In this document: in pieces, positions 45,930 to 54,588 of the stretch
Position numbering within the stretch: the first letter of the stretch is position 1
How the letters are laid out: each line of letters opens with the position of its first letter
From: an uncultured Gammaproteobacteria bacterium
GTDB taxonomy: Bacteria > Patescibacteriota > Patescibacteriia > Patescibacteriales > Patescibacteriaceae
Assembly: GCA_964523425.1 (NCBI GenBank)
Contig: CAZFYY010000002.1
Span: 1-61,042, forward strand
Length of the DNA: 61,042 nucleotides
Direction of reading: 5' to 3'
Made by a program: the position numbers and the translations under genes
The notes under the pieces: generated by a model
The model's input: only the letters and a program-made list of their open reading frames with translations
What the model was told of the DNA's origin: nothing
Databases searched by the model: none

Positions 45930-47071
45930 CTTGGAAAACCCTGCGTGACTCAGTTTTCAGCCTTGCGTATCGACGGCTTCTCAAGCCGATTCTCTTTCGC
46001 ATCGATCCGGAGCGCATTCATGCAGCAGCTCTTTCCTTAGGCGAAGGCTTAGGAGAGAGGGCCGTGGCGCGGCGAATAGCCTCGCTTTTTTTTAGTTATT
46101 CCAATGTTTCTTTGCGGCAAACCGTGGCTGGAATGCGCTTTGAAAACCCGGTCGGTTTGGCGGCTGGTTTCGACAAGGATGCGCGGTTGAGCCGACTGCT
46201 TCCGGAAATGGGCTTCGGGTTCATGGAATTAGGATCGGTCACCGGTGAGGCCTGTGCCGGCAACCCGGGACGCTGGCTCTGGCGCCTGCCTAAATCAAAG
46301 AGCATTCTGGTAAATATCGGCTTAAAAAATTCGGGCGCTCGGGTTATCGCCGCCCGCTTAGCTGAACGCCCCTGCGCTATTCCGCTGGGCATCAGCTTGG
46401 CCCGAACTAATTGTCCCGAAACAGTTGAGTTAAAGGCGGGTATTGATGATTTCGTTAAGGCCTATGCCGCTTTTGCGCGCCGCGGACTGGGCAGCTACTT
46501 CACGCTTAATATCAGCTGCCCAAACGCATTTGGCGGAGAATCGTTTCTGGAGGCCCAGCCGCTCGATGATTTGCTTGCAGCCATTACCTTTGCCAGACTG
46601 GCCCTGCGCTGCGCTCGGCCAATCTTTTTAAAATTACCGGCTGCTCTTCCTTCGGAGCACATTAATTCAATTATTGAAACGGCCCGCCGCTATCATATTG
46701 CCGGATTTATCTGTACCAATCTTCTTAAGGGCCGGCCAGATACCTTAGCCGATCAAAATGTGCCAGCCGTAGGCTCTCTAAGCGGGCTGCCCGTGCAGAA
46801 GCACTCTGATGAACTAATACGGTATATATATGAACGCTGCGGCCAGGAGTTCGTTCTCATCGGCTGTGGCGGAATTTTCAGCGCGGAAGATGCTTATCGC
46901 AAGATTCGCTCCGGCGCGTCCTTGCTCCAGCTCATTACCGGCCTAATCTATGAAGGTCCTCAGCTTGTTCCGCAGATTAATCGCGGCTTGGTCCGGCTTC
47001 TCCGCCGCGACGGCTATTCCTCAATTTCTCAAGCAGTCGGAGCTGATGTCGCATCGCGTCGTTCATCATAG
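45923..47071 (+). CDS. pyrD: Dihydroorotate dehydrogenase, class 2 (quinone-type)
   Basis: DPERIH, NPVGLAAGFDKD, LNISCPN, FLKL, LSG.P, GCGGIFSAEDA, LITGLIYEGP. Confidence 0.92.
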   Translation: MDSWKTLRDSVFSLAYRRLLKPILFRIDPERIHAAALSLGEGLGERAVARRIASLFFSYSNVSLRQTVAGMRFENPVGLAAGFDKDARLSRLLPEMGFGFMELGSVTGEACAGNPGRWLWRLPKSKSILVNIGLKNSGARVIAARLAERPCAIPLGISLARTNCPETVELKAGIDDFVKAYAAFARRGLGSYFTLNISCPNAFGGESFLEAQPLDDLLAAITFARLALRCARPIFLKLPAALPSEHINSIIETARRYHIAGFICTNLLKGRPDTLADQNVPAVGSLSGLPVQKHSDELIRYIYERCGQEFVLIGCGGIFSAEDAYRKIRSGASLLQLITGLIYEGPQLVPQINRGLVRLLRRDGYSSISQAVGADVASRRSS

Positions 47072-47139
47072 ATATCTTGTGATAAGGGCTAGTGGACTGC
47101 TATTATAAAGGAATAGTTGTTTCGTTATAATAATTCATT

Positions 47140-47643
47140 ATGAAAAAAACTTCCTCTTCTGTTTCGGCTGAGGATCAGACATTCATCCGTAACTTTGTCT
47201 TTGGCGCTGAGGATAGTCTGGTTTCGACTGTCGGATTACTTTCTGGCGTTGCAATTGCCGGTGTTGCCCGTCCAACGCTCGTTTTGACCGGAGTCGTACT
47301 TATTTTCGTTGAGGCGTTTTCTATGGGCATTGGCAGCTATCTGTCAGAGGCAATCACTCATGACGAGAATCATGGCGAGCGACGCATCTCGATGGATGCC
47401 GCCTTTATCATGCTTGGCTCCTATATTGTTGCCGGGTTAATTCCCCTTCTGCCATATTTCTTTTGGGAGGGAATTACCGGCTTGTCCATCTCAATTAGTT
47501 GTTCTCTTCTGGCCCTTGCCCTGCTAGGCATTATCAGTAGTCGCTTATCGCGGACAAATGTCCGGCGCAATACCGTTCGCATGATTCTTTTGGGCGGGTC
47601 GGCCATTGCAGTTGGTATAATTGTCAGTTTCTTTGTTAAATAG
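47140..47643 (+). CDS. VIT1/CCC1 family Fe/Mn transporter
   Basis: NFVFGAEDSLVST, EAFSMGIGSYLSE, GLIPLLPY. Confidence 0.88.
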   Translation: MKKTSSSVSAEDQTFIRNFVFGAEDSLVSTVGLLSGVAIAGVARPTLVLTGVVLIFVEAFSMGIGSYLSEAITHDENHGERRISMDAAFIMLGSYIVAGLIPLLPYFFWEGITGLSISISCSLLALALLGIISSRLSRTNVRRNTVRMILLGGSAIAVGIIVSFFVK

Positions 47644-47782
47644 GAGATACGGCCAGAATGTGAAAAAAACAGCCTTTTCAGGCTGTTTTTTAGTTGGAGT
47701 TGCTGGTAACGTCGGCGGGCGGCTAACGTATACTATATAGAAGGAAACAAACATTCCTCATTTATTGATTATACCTACGCAT

Positions 47783-49606
47783 ATGAAGGAATGGTTTAAA
47801 AGCAGCTTAAAGCGTTATTGGCTACTGGCCGTCTGCTTTATTGTTTTTGCCGGCGGTACAGCCTTGGCGAGTCGCCTTATAGATATAAATCGTCAGGAAC
47901 TGACAGCCGAACAGCGCATTAGTGAGATGGTTGCTCGCATGAGTCTTCCGGAAAAAATCGGTCAGATGGTCCTTGTCGACAAGAACGCAGTGACGCCAGA
48001 AGAGGTAAAAGACAAGGCAATTGGCGGCGTGCTGTCAGGCGGCGGCGGAAATCCTAAAGACAATACTCCGGAAGAATGGCGTCGTATGGTGGCTGATTAC
48101 CAGGATGCCGCGCTTGATTCCGAACAAGAAATTCCCATACTCTATGGCGTCGATGCCGTCCACGGTAATGGCAACGTCAAAGATGCGGTAATTTTTCCGC
48201 ATAATATCGGGTTGGGCGCTTCGCGAAATGCGGCTCTCGTAGAAACCATCTCGCGCATAACAGCGGAAGAAATCAGGGCGACCGGAGCTAACTGGAATTT
48301 TGCGCCGGTGCTTTCGCTGCCGAGCGATTTGCGCTGGGGGCGGGTGTATGAATGTTTTAGCAGTGATCGGGAGATTGTGACTGAGTTAGGCGTGGCTGCT
48401 ATTCGCGGCCTGCAGACGGGCGGTGTCCTGGCTACTCCTAAACATTTTATTGGCGAGGGCGCGGAAGAATGGAACACATCGAAAGATTATAAGCTCGATC
48501 AGGGCGACATCCGTCTCAGCAAGGCGGACATTGAGGCCGCGTATCTAAAACCTTTTAGCGAGGCGGTTAAGGCCGGCGCGATGAGCATTATGGTGTCGCG
48601 CAGCTCAATCAATGGACAGAAAATTAGTGCCGACAAAGACCTGCTAACAGGCAGGCTTAAGGGTGATCTCGGCTTTCGCGGTTTTCTGGTTTCCGATTGG
48701 GGTGCGGTCGATCAGATTCCCGGCGATTATTATAGCGATATAGTGACGGCGATTAATGCCGGTCTCGACATGGTGATGCTGCCGGGCGAATACCAGGATT
48801 TTATCGACAAGCTTTCGGCAGCGGTTGCCAACGGAGCGATCTCTCAGGAACGGATTGATGACGCGGTAACTCGTATACTGCGCGCCAAACAATCGATCGG
48901 GCTATTCGAAAAAGCGCTCCCGCCGATGGGCGAAACAGATGATGTCGGCGCGACCGATCGCCGTGAGTTGGGCCGGCAGGCCGTACGCGAATCGCTCGTT
49001 TTATTAAAAAATGAGAATTCAGCCTTACCAATTAAAGAAAAACAGAAGATTTTGGTAGTGGGACGCGCCGCTGACGATGTCGGGATGCAATCGGGCGGAT
49101 GGACGATTGAATGGCAGGGCGGACAGGGAGCAACTACCCCCGGGACGTCGCTATTACAGGCTCTCAAAGACCGTTTCGGAGCGGAACATATCACGTACGA
49201 TCCGCTGGCCACCCAGAAGCTGTCCAAGAAGGCAGACTATGCCATTGCGGTGGTTGGCGAGCAGCCATACGCCGAAGGCAAGGGTGATCGGGAGAACTTA
49301 GCTCTATCACCGGAAGATATCGCGCGCGTAGCCAGCGCCAAGAAAAATGGCAAACGGGTAATTATCTTGATTATGGCCGGCCGCCCGCTGGTTATGACTG
49401 ACGCGATTGCGGAGGCCGATGCGGTTGTTATGGCCTGGCTTCCGGGTACGGAAGGCGCCGGACTAGCCGATGTCTTGTCCGGTACGTATAATTTTAGCGG
49501 CAAGCTGCCGCTGGCCTGGCCGCGGGACATGGGCCAGGTGGAACGTCGTGATACGAAAAACCCGCTCTACCCTATTGGCAGCGGATTGCGGTACGAAAAA
49601 AAATAA
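47783..49606 (+). CDS. Glycoside hydrolase family 3 (beta-glucosidase/exo-glucanase), membrane-anchored
   Basis: EKIGQM, GVDAVHG, FPHNIGLGA, RWGRVYE, KHF, VSDW nucleophile, AWLPGTEG. Confidence 0.93.
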   Translation: MKEWFKSSLKRYWLLAVCFIVFAGGTALASRLIDINRQELTAEQRISEMVARMSLPEKIGQMVLVDKNAVTPEEVKDKAIGGVLSGGGGNPKDNTPEEWRRMVADYQDAALDSEQEIPILYGVDAVHGNGNVKDAVIFPHNIGLGASRNAALVETISRITAEEIRATGANWNFAPVLSLPSDLRWGRVYECFSSDREIVTELGVAAIRGLQTGGVLATPKHFIGEGAEEWNTSKDYKLDQGDIRLSKADIEAAYLKPFSEAVKAGAMSIMVSRSSINGQKISADKDLLTGRLKGDLGFRGFLVSDWGAVDQIPGDYYSDIVTAINAGLDMVMLPGEYQDFIDKLSAAVANGAISQERIDDAVTRILRAKQSIGLFEKALPPMGETDDVGATDRRELGRQAVRESLVLLKNENSALPIKEKQKILVVGRAADDVGMQSGGWTIEWQGGQGATTPGTSLLQALKDRFGAEHITYDPLATQKLSKKADYAIAVVGEQPYAEGKGDRENLALSPEDIARVASAKKNGKRVIILIMAGRPLVMTDAIAEADAVVMAWLPGTEGAGLADVLSGTYNFSGKLPLAWPRDMGQVERRDTKNPLYPIGSGLRYEKK

Positions 49607-49608
49607 TT

Positions 49609-50067
49609 TTAGCGAAGTTGTCGGCGCTTAGCTGGCTTCGCTGCTGACTTGGCAGTAAGTGCTCTGATTTCTTCGCGAATTTCTGCGATGGCGCCGACTT
49701 CGGTACGGACTTCAGTCTCAGTTTTTTCCGAAAGCTTTTTTTCGCCGCGTAATCCCGACATGATAATTTCGTTACCAATAAAATTTGAGACAAAAAGTCC
49801 GGTGATAAGCAGAAGAAGGCTGCCGACAATGAACGACAAAGGCCCGTCCCACCAAATTTCCTGCGCTAAATCGGTGGATGAAAGGCCGCTATTAACTCGT
49901 ACCAACAACATAGCATAGTCGGCCGAGTGCCACACTCCGCGCCAGAAAAGTACAATACCAATACCGCCAATAAAGCCGTAGGGAATCGGGAAATGACTGA
50001 GGCGACCACGACAGACGTCTTCCAGTCGGTCAAACATGCCTTTTTTTCTTGCTTCCTTCTGTGACAT
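49609..50067 (-). CDS. Conserved hypothetical membrane protein
   Basis: GGIGIVLFWRGVWH, two TMs, coiled-coil tail. Confidence 0.7.
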   Translation of the reverse strand: MSQKEARKKGMFDRLEDVCRGRLSHFPIPYGFIGGIGIVLFWRGVWHSADYAMLLVRVNSGLSSTDLAQEIWWDGPLSFIVGSLLLLITGLFVSNFIGNEIIMSGLRGEKKLSEKTETEVRTEVGAIAEIREEIRALTAKSAAKPAKRRQLR

Positions 50068-50072
50068 ATGGC

Positions 50073-50525
50073 TTAGGAGTGATTGGCGCGTTCCAGCACT
50101 TTTTTCAGATTAGTAATCATTTCATCCATATCGCGATCGTTAGCGGCGATGATTGTTTCGGCGACCAGATGCCGAACCAGGCCGTCCGGTATTGTGTAGT
50201 CGATGGTTAGGGCATAGAGCGAGCCCTCGGCGCTAGGCGAAACCTCTTGCGTCCAGTGGCTCTCGCTCAGGCCTTTGGTGTGGCTGCGATACAGGCGGGG
50301 AGGCTTTATTTCATCGACGCTCCAGGTTCCGGCAATCTCCGTACCAACCATTCGATATTTGTAGTCGAAACTGGATCCTTTTTCCAGGGGGAGCGGGCTG
50401 ATGTTGGTAATGCCGATGAGCCCCGGCAGGAGCGCGGTAAAAGAGGTGGGATCGCTAATAAGGGCGAAGACCTGTTCGGGCGTGGCACGTATTTCAATGC
50501 GCTTGGCGATGCGAGCAGTTTCCAT
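50073..50525 (-). CDS. SRPBCC/START-like (polyketide cyclase) domain protein
   Basis: IEIRATPEQVFALISDP, C-terminal helix NLKKVLE. Confidence 0.85.
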   Translation of the reverse strand: METARIAKRIEIRATPEQVFALISDPTSFTALLPGLIGITNISPLPLEKGSSFDYKYRMVGTEIAGTWSVDEIKPPRLYRSHTKGLSESHWTQEVSPSAEGSLYALTIDYTIPDGLVRHLVAETIIAANDRDMDEMITNLKKVLERANHS

Positions 50526-50632
50526 AGAATGAGATAAAGTAAGCTATTCCTAGTATAGCAATAAATCGCCAGTTCCGCTGCCGCTGGCCGGCAGTTTGAA
50601 TTGCCGGACACTTAGTATATACTGAGGGGCAT

Positions 50633-51487
50633 ATGATTGACCCTATGCTATCCACCCATCATTCCGTTCCGGCGCGCCCTCGCTGGAAAGAGTTGCTAGT
50701 GGGGATGTACCAAGCTTTGTTTTGTCGCCCCTTTTTCTATCCGTTGAACCGGCGGCTTTTTCTGATGTCCCTGCGGGGAATTGGCGTGTTGAATAGCGGG
50801 CCGGCCGTAGCCGAGAGCGAAAGACGGTTGGTAGGTAAAATCTTCAAGTTAGACCCACACTCTCTTATCATGGATGTGGGGGCTCACATCGGCGAATATA
50901 GCACTCTGATTTTACAGGCATTTCCGGAAGCACAGCTTCATGCCTTTGAACCGCATCCTGACTCGTTCAAGAAGCTCGAGCTGCTTCTCCCCGGACACCC
51001 AAACTTCCGGGTGGTGAATGCCGCGTTGGGCGCTACGAACGGAAAAGTTTCTTTTTATGATTATGAGAATTCAGGCGGGTCGGCGCATGCCAGTCTGTAT
51101 CAGGCGGTTATCGAAGACGTTCATCATGGTATGGCGAAGGAAATAGAAGTAGAGCGACAGACCATCGACGAGTATTGCTCAACCCGCTCGCTTGAGACAA
51201 TTAGTTTGCTGAAGATTGATACGGAAGGTAGTGAATTGGATGTCTTGCGTGGTGCCAGGCACATGCTGGCCAGCGGGGCAATCTTTGTTATTCAATTTGA
51301 GTTTAATGAGATGAATATTATCAGCCGCACCTTCTTACGTGATTTTCAGGAACTGCTTAAAGACTATTCGCTCTTCCGGTCTTTACCTGGCGGCTTTGTT
51401 CCCTTTGATTACCTCAGCGTATTTGAGATTTTTGGTTACCAGAATTTCGTGGCCGTCCGCAAGGGTCACGAAGCATTGCTTGATTAA
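50633..51487 (+). CDS. FkbM family methyltransferase
   Basis: MDVGAHIGEYS, AFEP, LKIDTEGSE, IQFEF. Confidence 0.9.
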   Translation: MIDPMLSTHHSVPARPRWKELLVGMYQALFCRPFFYPLNRRLFLMSLRGIGVLNSGPAVAESERRLVGKIFKLDPHSLIMDVGAHIGEYSTLILQAFPEAQLHAFEPHPDSFKKLELLLPGHPNFRVVNAALGATNGKVSFYDYENSGGSAHASLYQAVIEDVHHGMAKEIEVERQTIDEYCSTRSLETISLLKIDTEGSELDVLRGARHMLASGAIFVIQFEFNEMNIISRTFLRDFQELLKDYSLFRSLPGGFVPFDYLSVFEIFGYQNFVAVRKGHEALLD

Positions 51488-51517
51488 GCTTTGTCTGACT
51501 GAAGTAATCAGCAAGCC

Positions 51518-51546
51518 TTGACAAAGTACGTTTGATATAGTATTTT
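51518..51546 (+). promoter_or_regulatory. sigma70 promoter of orphan gene
   Basis: TTGACA-17 nt-TATTTT. Confidence 0.65.
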
Positions 51547-51621
51547 GATTAATTCGCTCTTTTCCAGACAAAGCGCCAATTATAAAACAATAATAATCAA
51601 GCAACAGGGAGAAAATAGAAC

Positions 51622-52182
51622 ATGGAACAACAAGTTACATCGTCGTTGTGTCATACAGATCTCAAGGTAGGACATATCTACAACCGAGAACGCCTCGGCT
51701 GTGATGACAAAGAAATAGATTCAAGCAGCAAGACTACTTTTGAGCTCGTTGCTATAAAGGACAGGGGTTATGAAGTCCAGGAGTTATTTACCATCGGCGG
51801 TAACGAAGCGCACCCGCAGGTACGCGGCAATATCGGGTATTTTCCAAATCCGGAAAGCATCTGTAAAAACCATCATGTATACGAGTGCAGCGATCCGGCT
51901 AAATGGCATAAGCACAAAGTGGTGATGGACATTGAAGAGGCATATGCCCAGAAGCTCATATCTCGAAAGGATATTCAGACAATTTTTCGTAGTCAGGCGG
52001 GAAACTTTATGCGAAAGGATCCGGTAGCATATTATGACAACGGAAAAAGATGCTTTAGCATGGGGGCAAAACCGACTAAAGAGAATCCTCTTTTGCATTC
52101 AATCGGCTTCACCTTTAAGAACAGCGCTGAGTTGAAAAAGAAAATACGAAAAATATACCCGCAGGCCTGGTTTATGAGTTAA
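51622..52182 (+). CDS. Hypothetical protein
   Basis: 186 aa, AGGGAG SD, terminator at about 52199-52226. Confidence 0.65.
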   Translation: MEQQVTSSLCHTDLKVGHIYNRERLGCDDKEIDSSSKTTFELVAIKDRGYEVQELFTIGGNEAHPQVRGNIGYFPNPESICKNHHVYECSDPAKWHKHKVVMDIEEAYAQKLISRKDIQTIFRSQAGNFMRKDPVAYYDNGKRCFSMGAKPTKENPLLHSIGFTFKNSAELKKKIRKIYPQAWFMS

Positions 52183-52225
52183 CCAAGTATGGGTATGCAA
52201 GATGGTCAGACATGGCCATCTTTTT

Positions 52226-52746
52226 TTAATTCTTCTTAGTTATAATAATCTCCGGCCTAGCTTTTGGCGTAATGATTATTTGAGGATCAGTCACTTTAAG
52301 ACCCATGAAAATTGTATGAACTTTTCCAACATCCTGAAAGTCATTCTCTAGGGATTGCTGGCTAACTACGCTCGGTGCTGTCGCCATAGAGTCGAGATTC
52401 ACCCAATCCTGTTCATCGAGCCGGGCGAAGCTGACGTAGTGAAAATCCTTATTACGGATCAGCATGTCAGAGTTTTTAATCGTATCAGTCACTTTGTTTG
52501 AGGGAATGCTGGCGAGCGAGAAGCGGTTGCCGGTAATTTCAATATTTGTTTCCGCAGCAAGCCTTTCCAGGATATTTGAGATATGGAGCGTGTTTAAGAC
52601 ATAATTGTCCTTAGCGATATCGGAGGTGTTGGGAAAGCCATGAAGGGTATTCTCTTATCCTTGAGATAAAAAATCCGGCTAATTGATTCTTTGGGCAAGG
52701 GATCTTTGTCTGCAGGTGATCCGGGAAATTTTTCATGGATGTTCAT
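52226..52746 (-). pseudogene. Frameshifted hypothetical gene (~173 aa if repaired)
   Basis: ATG 52746 MNIHEKFPGSP..YLKD; a -1 shift at AAGGATAAGAGAAT (~52657) joins an open frame ENTLHGFPN...KVTDTIK running to stop 52226. Confidence 0.6.
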
Positions 52747-52810
52747 ATGTCATAAGTATAGCACTGCGCCCTGCCATCTCGAAAATGCAGCAATTCTTGA
52801 TATATTTCTA

Positions 52811-52839
52811 TTGACTTTTGACTAAATATGTGCTATTAT
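52811..52839 (+). promoter_or_regulatory. sigma70 promoter of CARDB gene
   Basis: TTGACT-17 nt-TATTAT with extended TG. Confidence 0.7.
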
Positions 52840-52867
52840 TAAGAAATATTCATATTAATGATACTTT

Positions 52868-54466
52868 ATGAGAAAGATTCACATCTTTTTTCTGGCAGGA
52901 ATCATGTGCTTGTCTGGAGTAGTTGGTCCGAAGGTGCAAGCGACCAGTCCTGATTTATCAATTAGTGGTGTCCAGGTAATGCCCGTTATGGGAGAACCGG
53001 ACATGAAGGAAGTCGGCGTTTATTTAAACGGCGGCTGTTTTGCTGGGTATCGTAATTATGAAGTAAAGTTTACCAACCGAACGACGGGCCAGGAGTTTTT
53101 CCAGCGTATTTCGGCTTGCATGCAGAATCCAGTTTCATTCATGATGTGCCCGGGCGAATACGAGGGCCGTTTTATGGTTGATAGTGAAAATATAATTCGC
53201 GAATCGAACGAGAACAACAATGAGGCCCAGTTGAATTTTACGATTGAGGGCGATGCCGGGAATTGTATCCAAAATCCTTACAAACACGTTGACCCAGTAG
53301 AGACTCAGACCGATTTGCGAATCGACAATGTCTTTACTGATCCTACGCCGGGTCAAACCGATAAGCTGCGAATGAACATTTTTGCCTCCACTCCGCCTAG
53401 CGTGAACCCGAAGGTGAAAGTAAGCGTTCCGAGCTTGAATCTTTCGTATACTGCCACTATTCCGTATTTCAGTACGTCGATGGAGGTTGTGGCGCCAGGC
53501 AATCCGTGGCCATCCGGCACCTATGAAGTCGTTTCGACGATTGATCCTGATAATACGATTGCTGAGTCGGACGAAAGCAATAATACCTTTACCCGCACTT
53601 TGACGGTTATCGGCAACGAAGCTAGATTCAATAACAAGGTGCTCGACACGTCCTATCGCCTGCCGGTTAATCCGGTCATGGCCGGTAATAAGGTTACTCT
53701 CGCCAATCTTTCCCTCAAAGCCAAGCTAGATATTTTTCAGCCCCCAGTTTCGGTTAATGAGCCTCTTACCGTCCAAAAGATCAAGCTTTCGATGTACAAG
53801 ACCGAAGGGGTAAACATGTTTAATATTAAATTGTATGACGGAAATACGCTGATCGGCAGTACCTACAACTGGCCGTTAGGCGGAAATGGTTATGAATATA
53901 CGGTCAATCTGGCTTCGCCGCTGACCTTCAGGAATGGCGATAGCAAGACTTTAAAACTGACCGCTGACGTGAGCGGCGACGGCTATTTCATTCTGCTTAA
54001 GCCGGAACTGACATTTGCCTATCCATTGCCTCGTGTTACGGAAGGTAATAATAGCGACAAGATATATATTCAATCCAAGCCGTCTTCGACCTTTGGTCCG
54101 CAGACTTCTACGCCAACCTCAACTCAAACGCCCGAAGTTGCCGGACCCGTGTCGTCAAATAATGACAGTGAAGCGCAGGCCATTGTGTCGAGCGGCAAAG
54201 ATTTAGGAAAGTTCCTGACATATCGCAAGCGCATGCGCAGCAATAGGGACCAGGAATGGGCATTCAATTCCTATACGCTTCCCTTGAGCGGCCAGAATGG
54301 CGCGACAATTTCGGAAAAGTACGCCATCAATAACTTCATCGTTTATGGCACGCCCCGTACGGAAAAGCTTAGCGCCCGTCAGCGCTATGAATTAGTCGTT
54401 AAGTTCAAGAAGGCTAACCGTGCTCTGCCAAAGACAGAGGCGGACTGGAAAAAACTTTTGCAGTAA
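52868..54466 (+). CDS. Secreted surface protein with two CARDB-like Ig domains
   Basis: Signal peptide; PDLSI...VDSENIIRESNENNN and TDLRI...IDPDNTIAESDESNN; S/T/P linker; basic C-terminal domain. Confidence 0.8.
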   Translation: MRKIHIFFLAGIMCLSGVVGPKVQATSPDLSISGVQVMPVMGEPDMKEVGVYLNGGCFAGYRNYEVKFTNRTTGQEFFQRISACMQNPVSFMMCPGEYEGRFMVDSENIIRESNENNNEAQLNFTIEGDAGNCIQNPYKHVDPVETQTDLRIDNVFTDPTPGQTDKLRMNIFASTPPSVNPKVKVSVPSLNLSYTATIPYFSTSMEVVAPGNPWPSGTYEVVSTIDPDNTIAESDESNNTFTRTLTVIGNEARFNNKVLDTSYRLPVNPVMAGNKVTLANLSLKAKLDIFQPPVSVNEPLTVQKIKLSMYKTEGVNMFNIKLYDGNTLIGSTYNWPLGGNGYEYTVNLASPLTFRNGDSKTLKLTADVSGDGYFILLKPELTFAYPLPRVTEGNNSDKIYIQSKPSSTFGPQTSTPTSTQTPEVAGPVSSNNDSEAQAIVSSGKDLGKFLTYRKRMRSNRDQEWAFNSYTLPLSGQNGATISEKYAINNFIVYGTPRTEKLSARQRYELVVKFKKANRALPKTEADWKKLLQ

Positions 54467-54588
54467 TAAGCCATTCGAAAGAAAAGAGGCCAAGAAAGGC
54501 ATAGCGCCGATAGCGCTATGCCTTTTCAAATACAATAAAAAAGAGCGGAACAGTGCCGCTCTTTTTATGTGGAAACATGCCACGTTAA

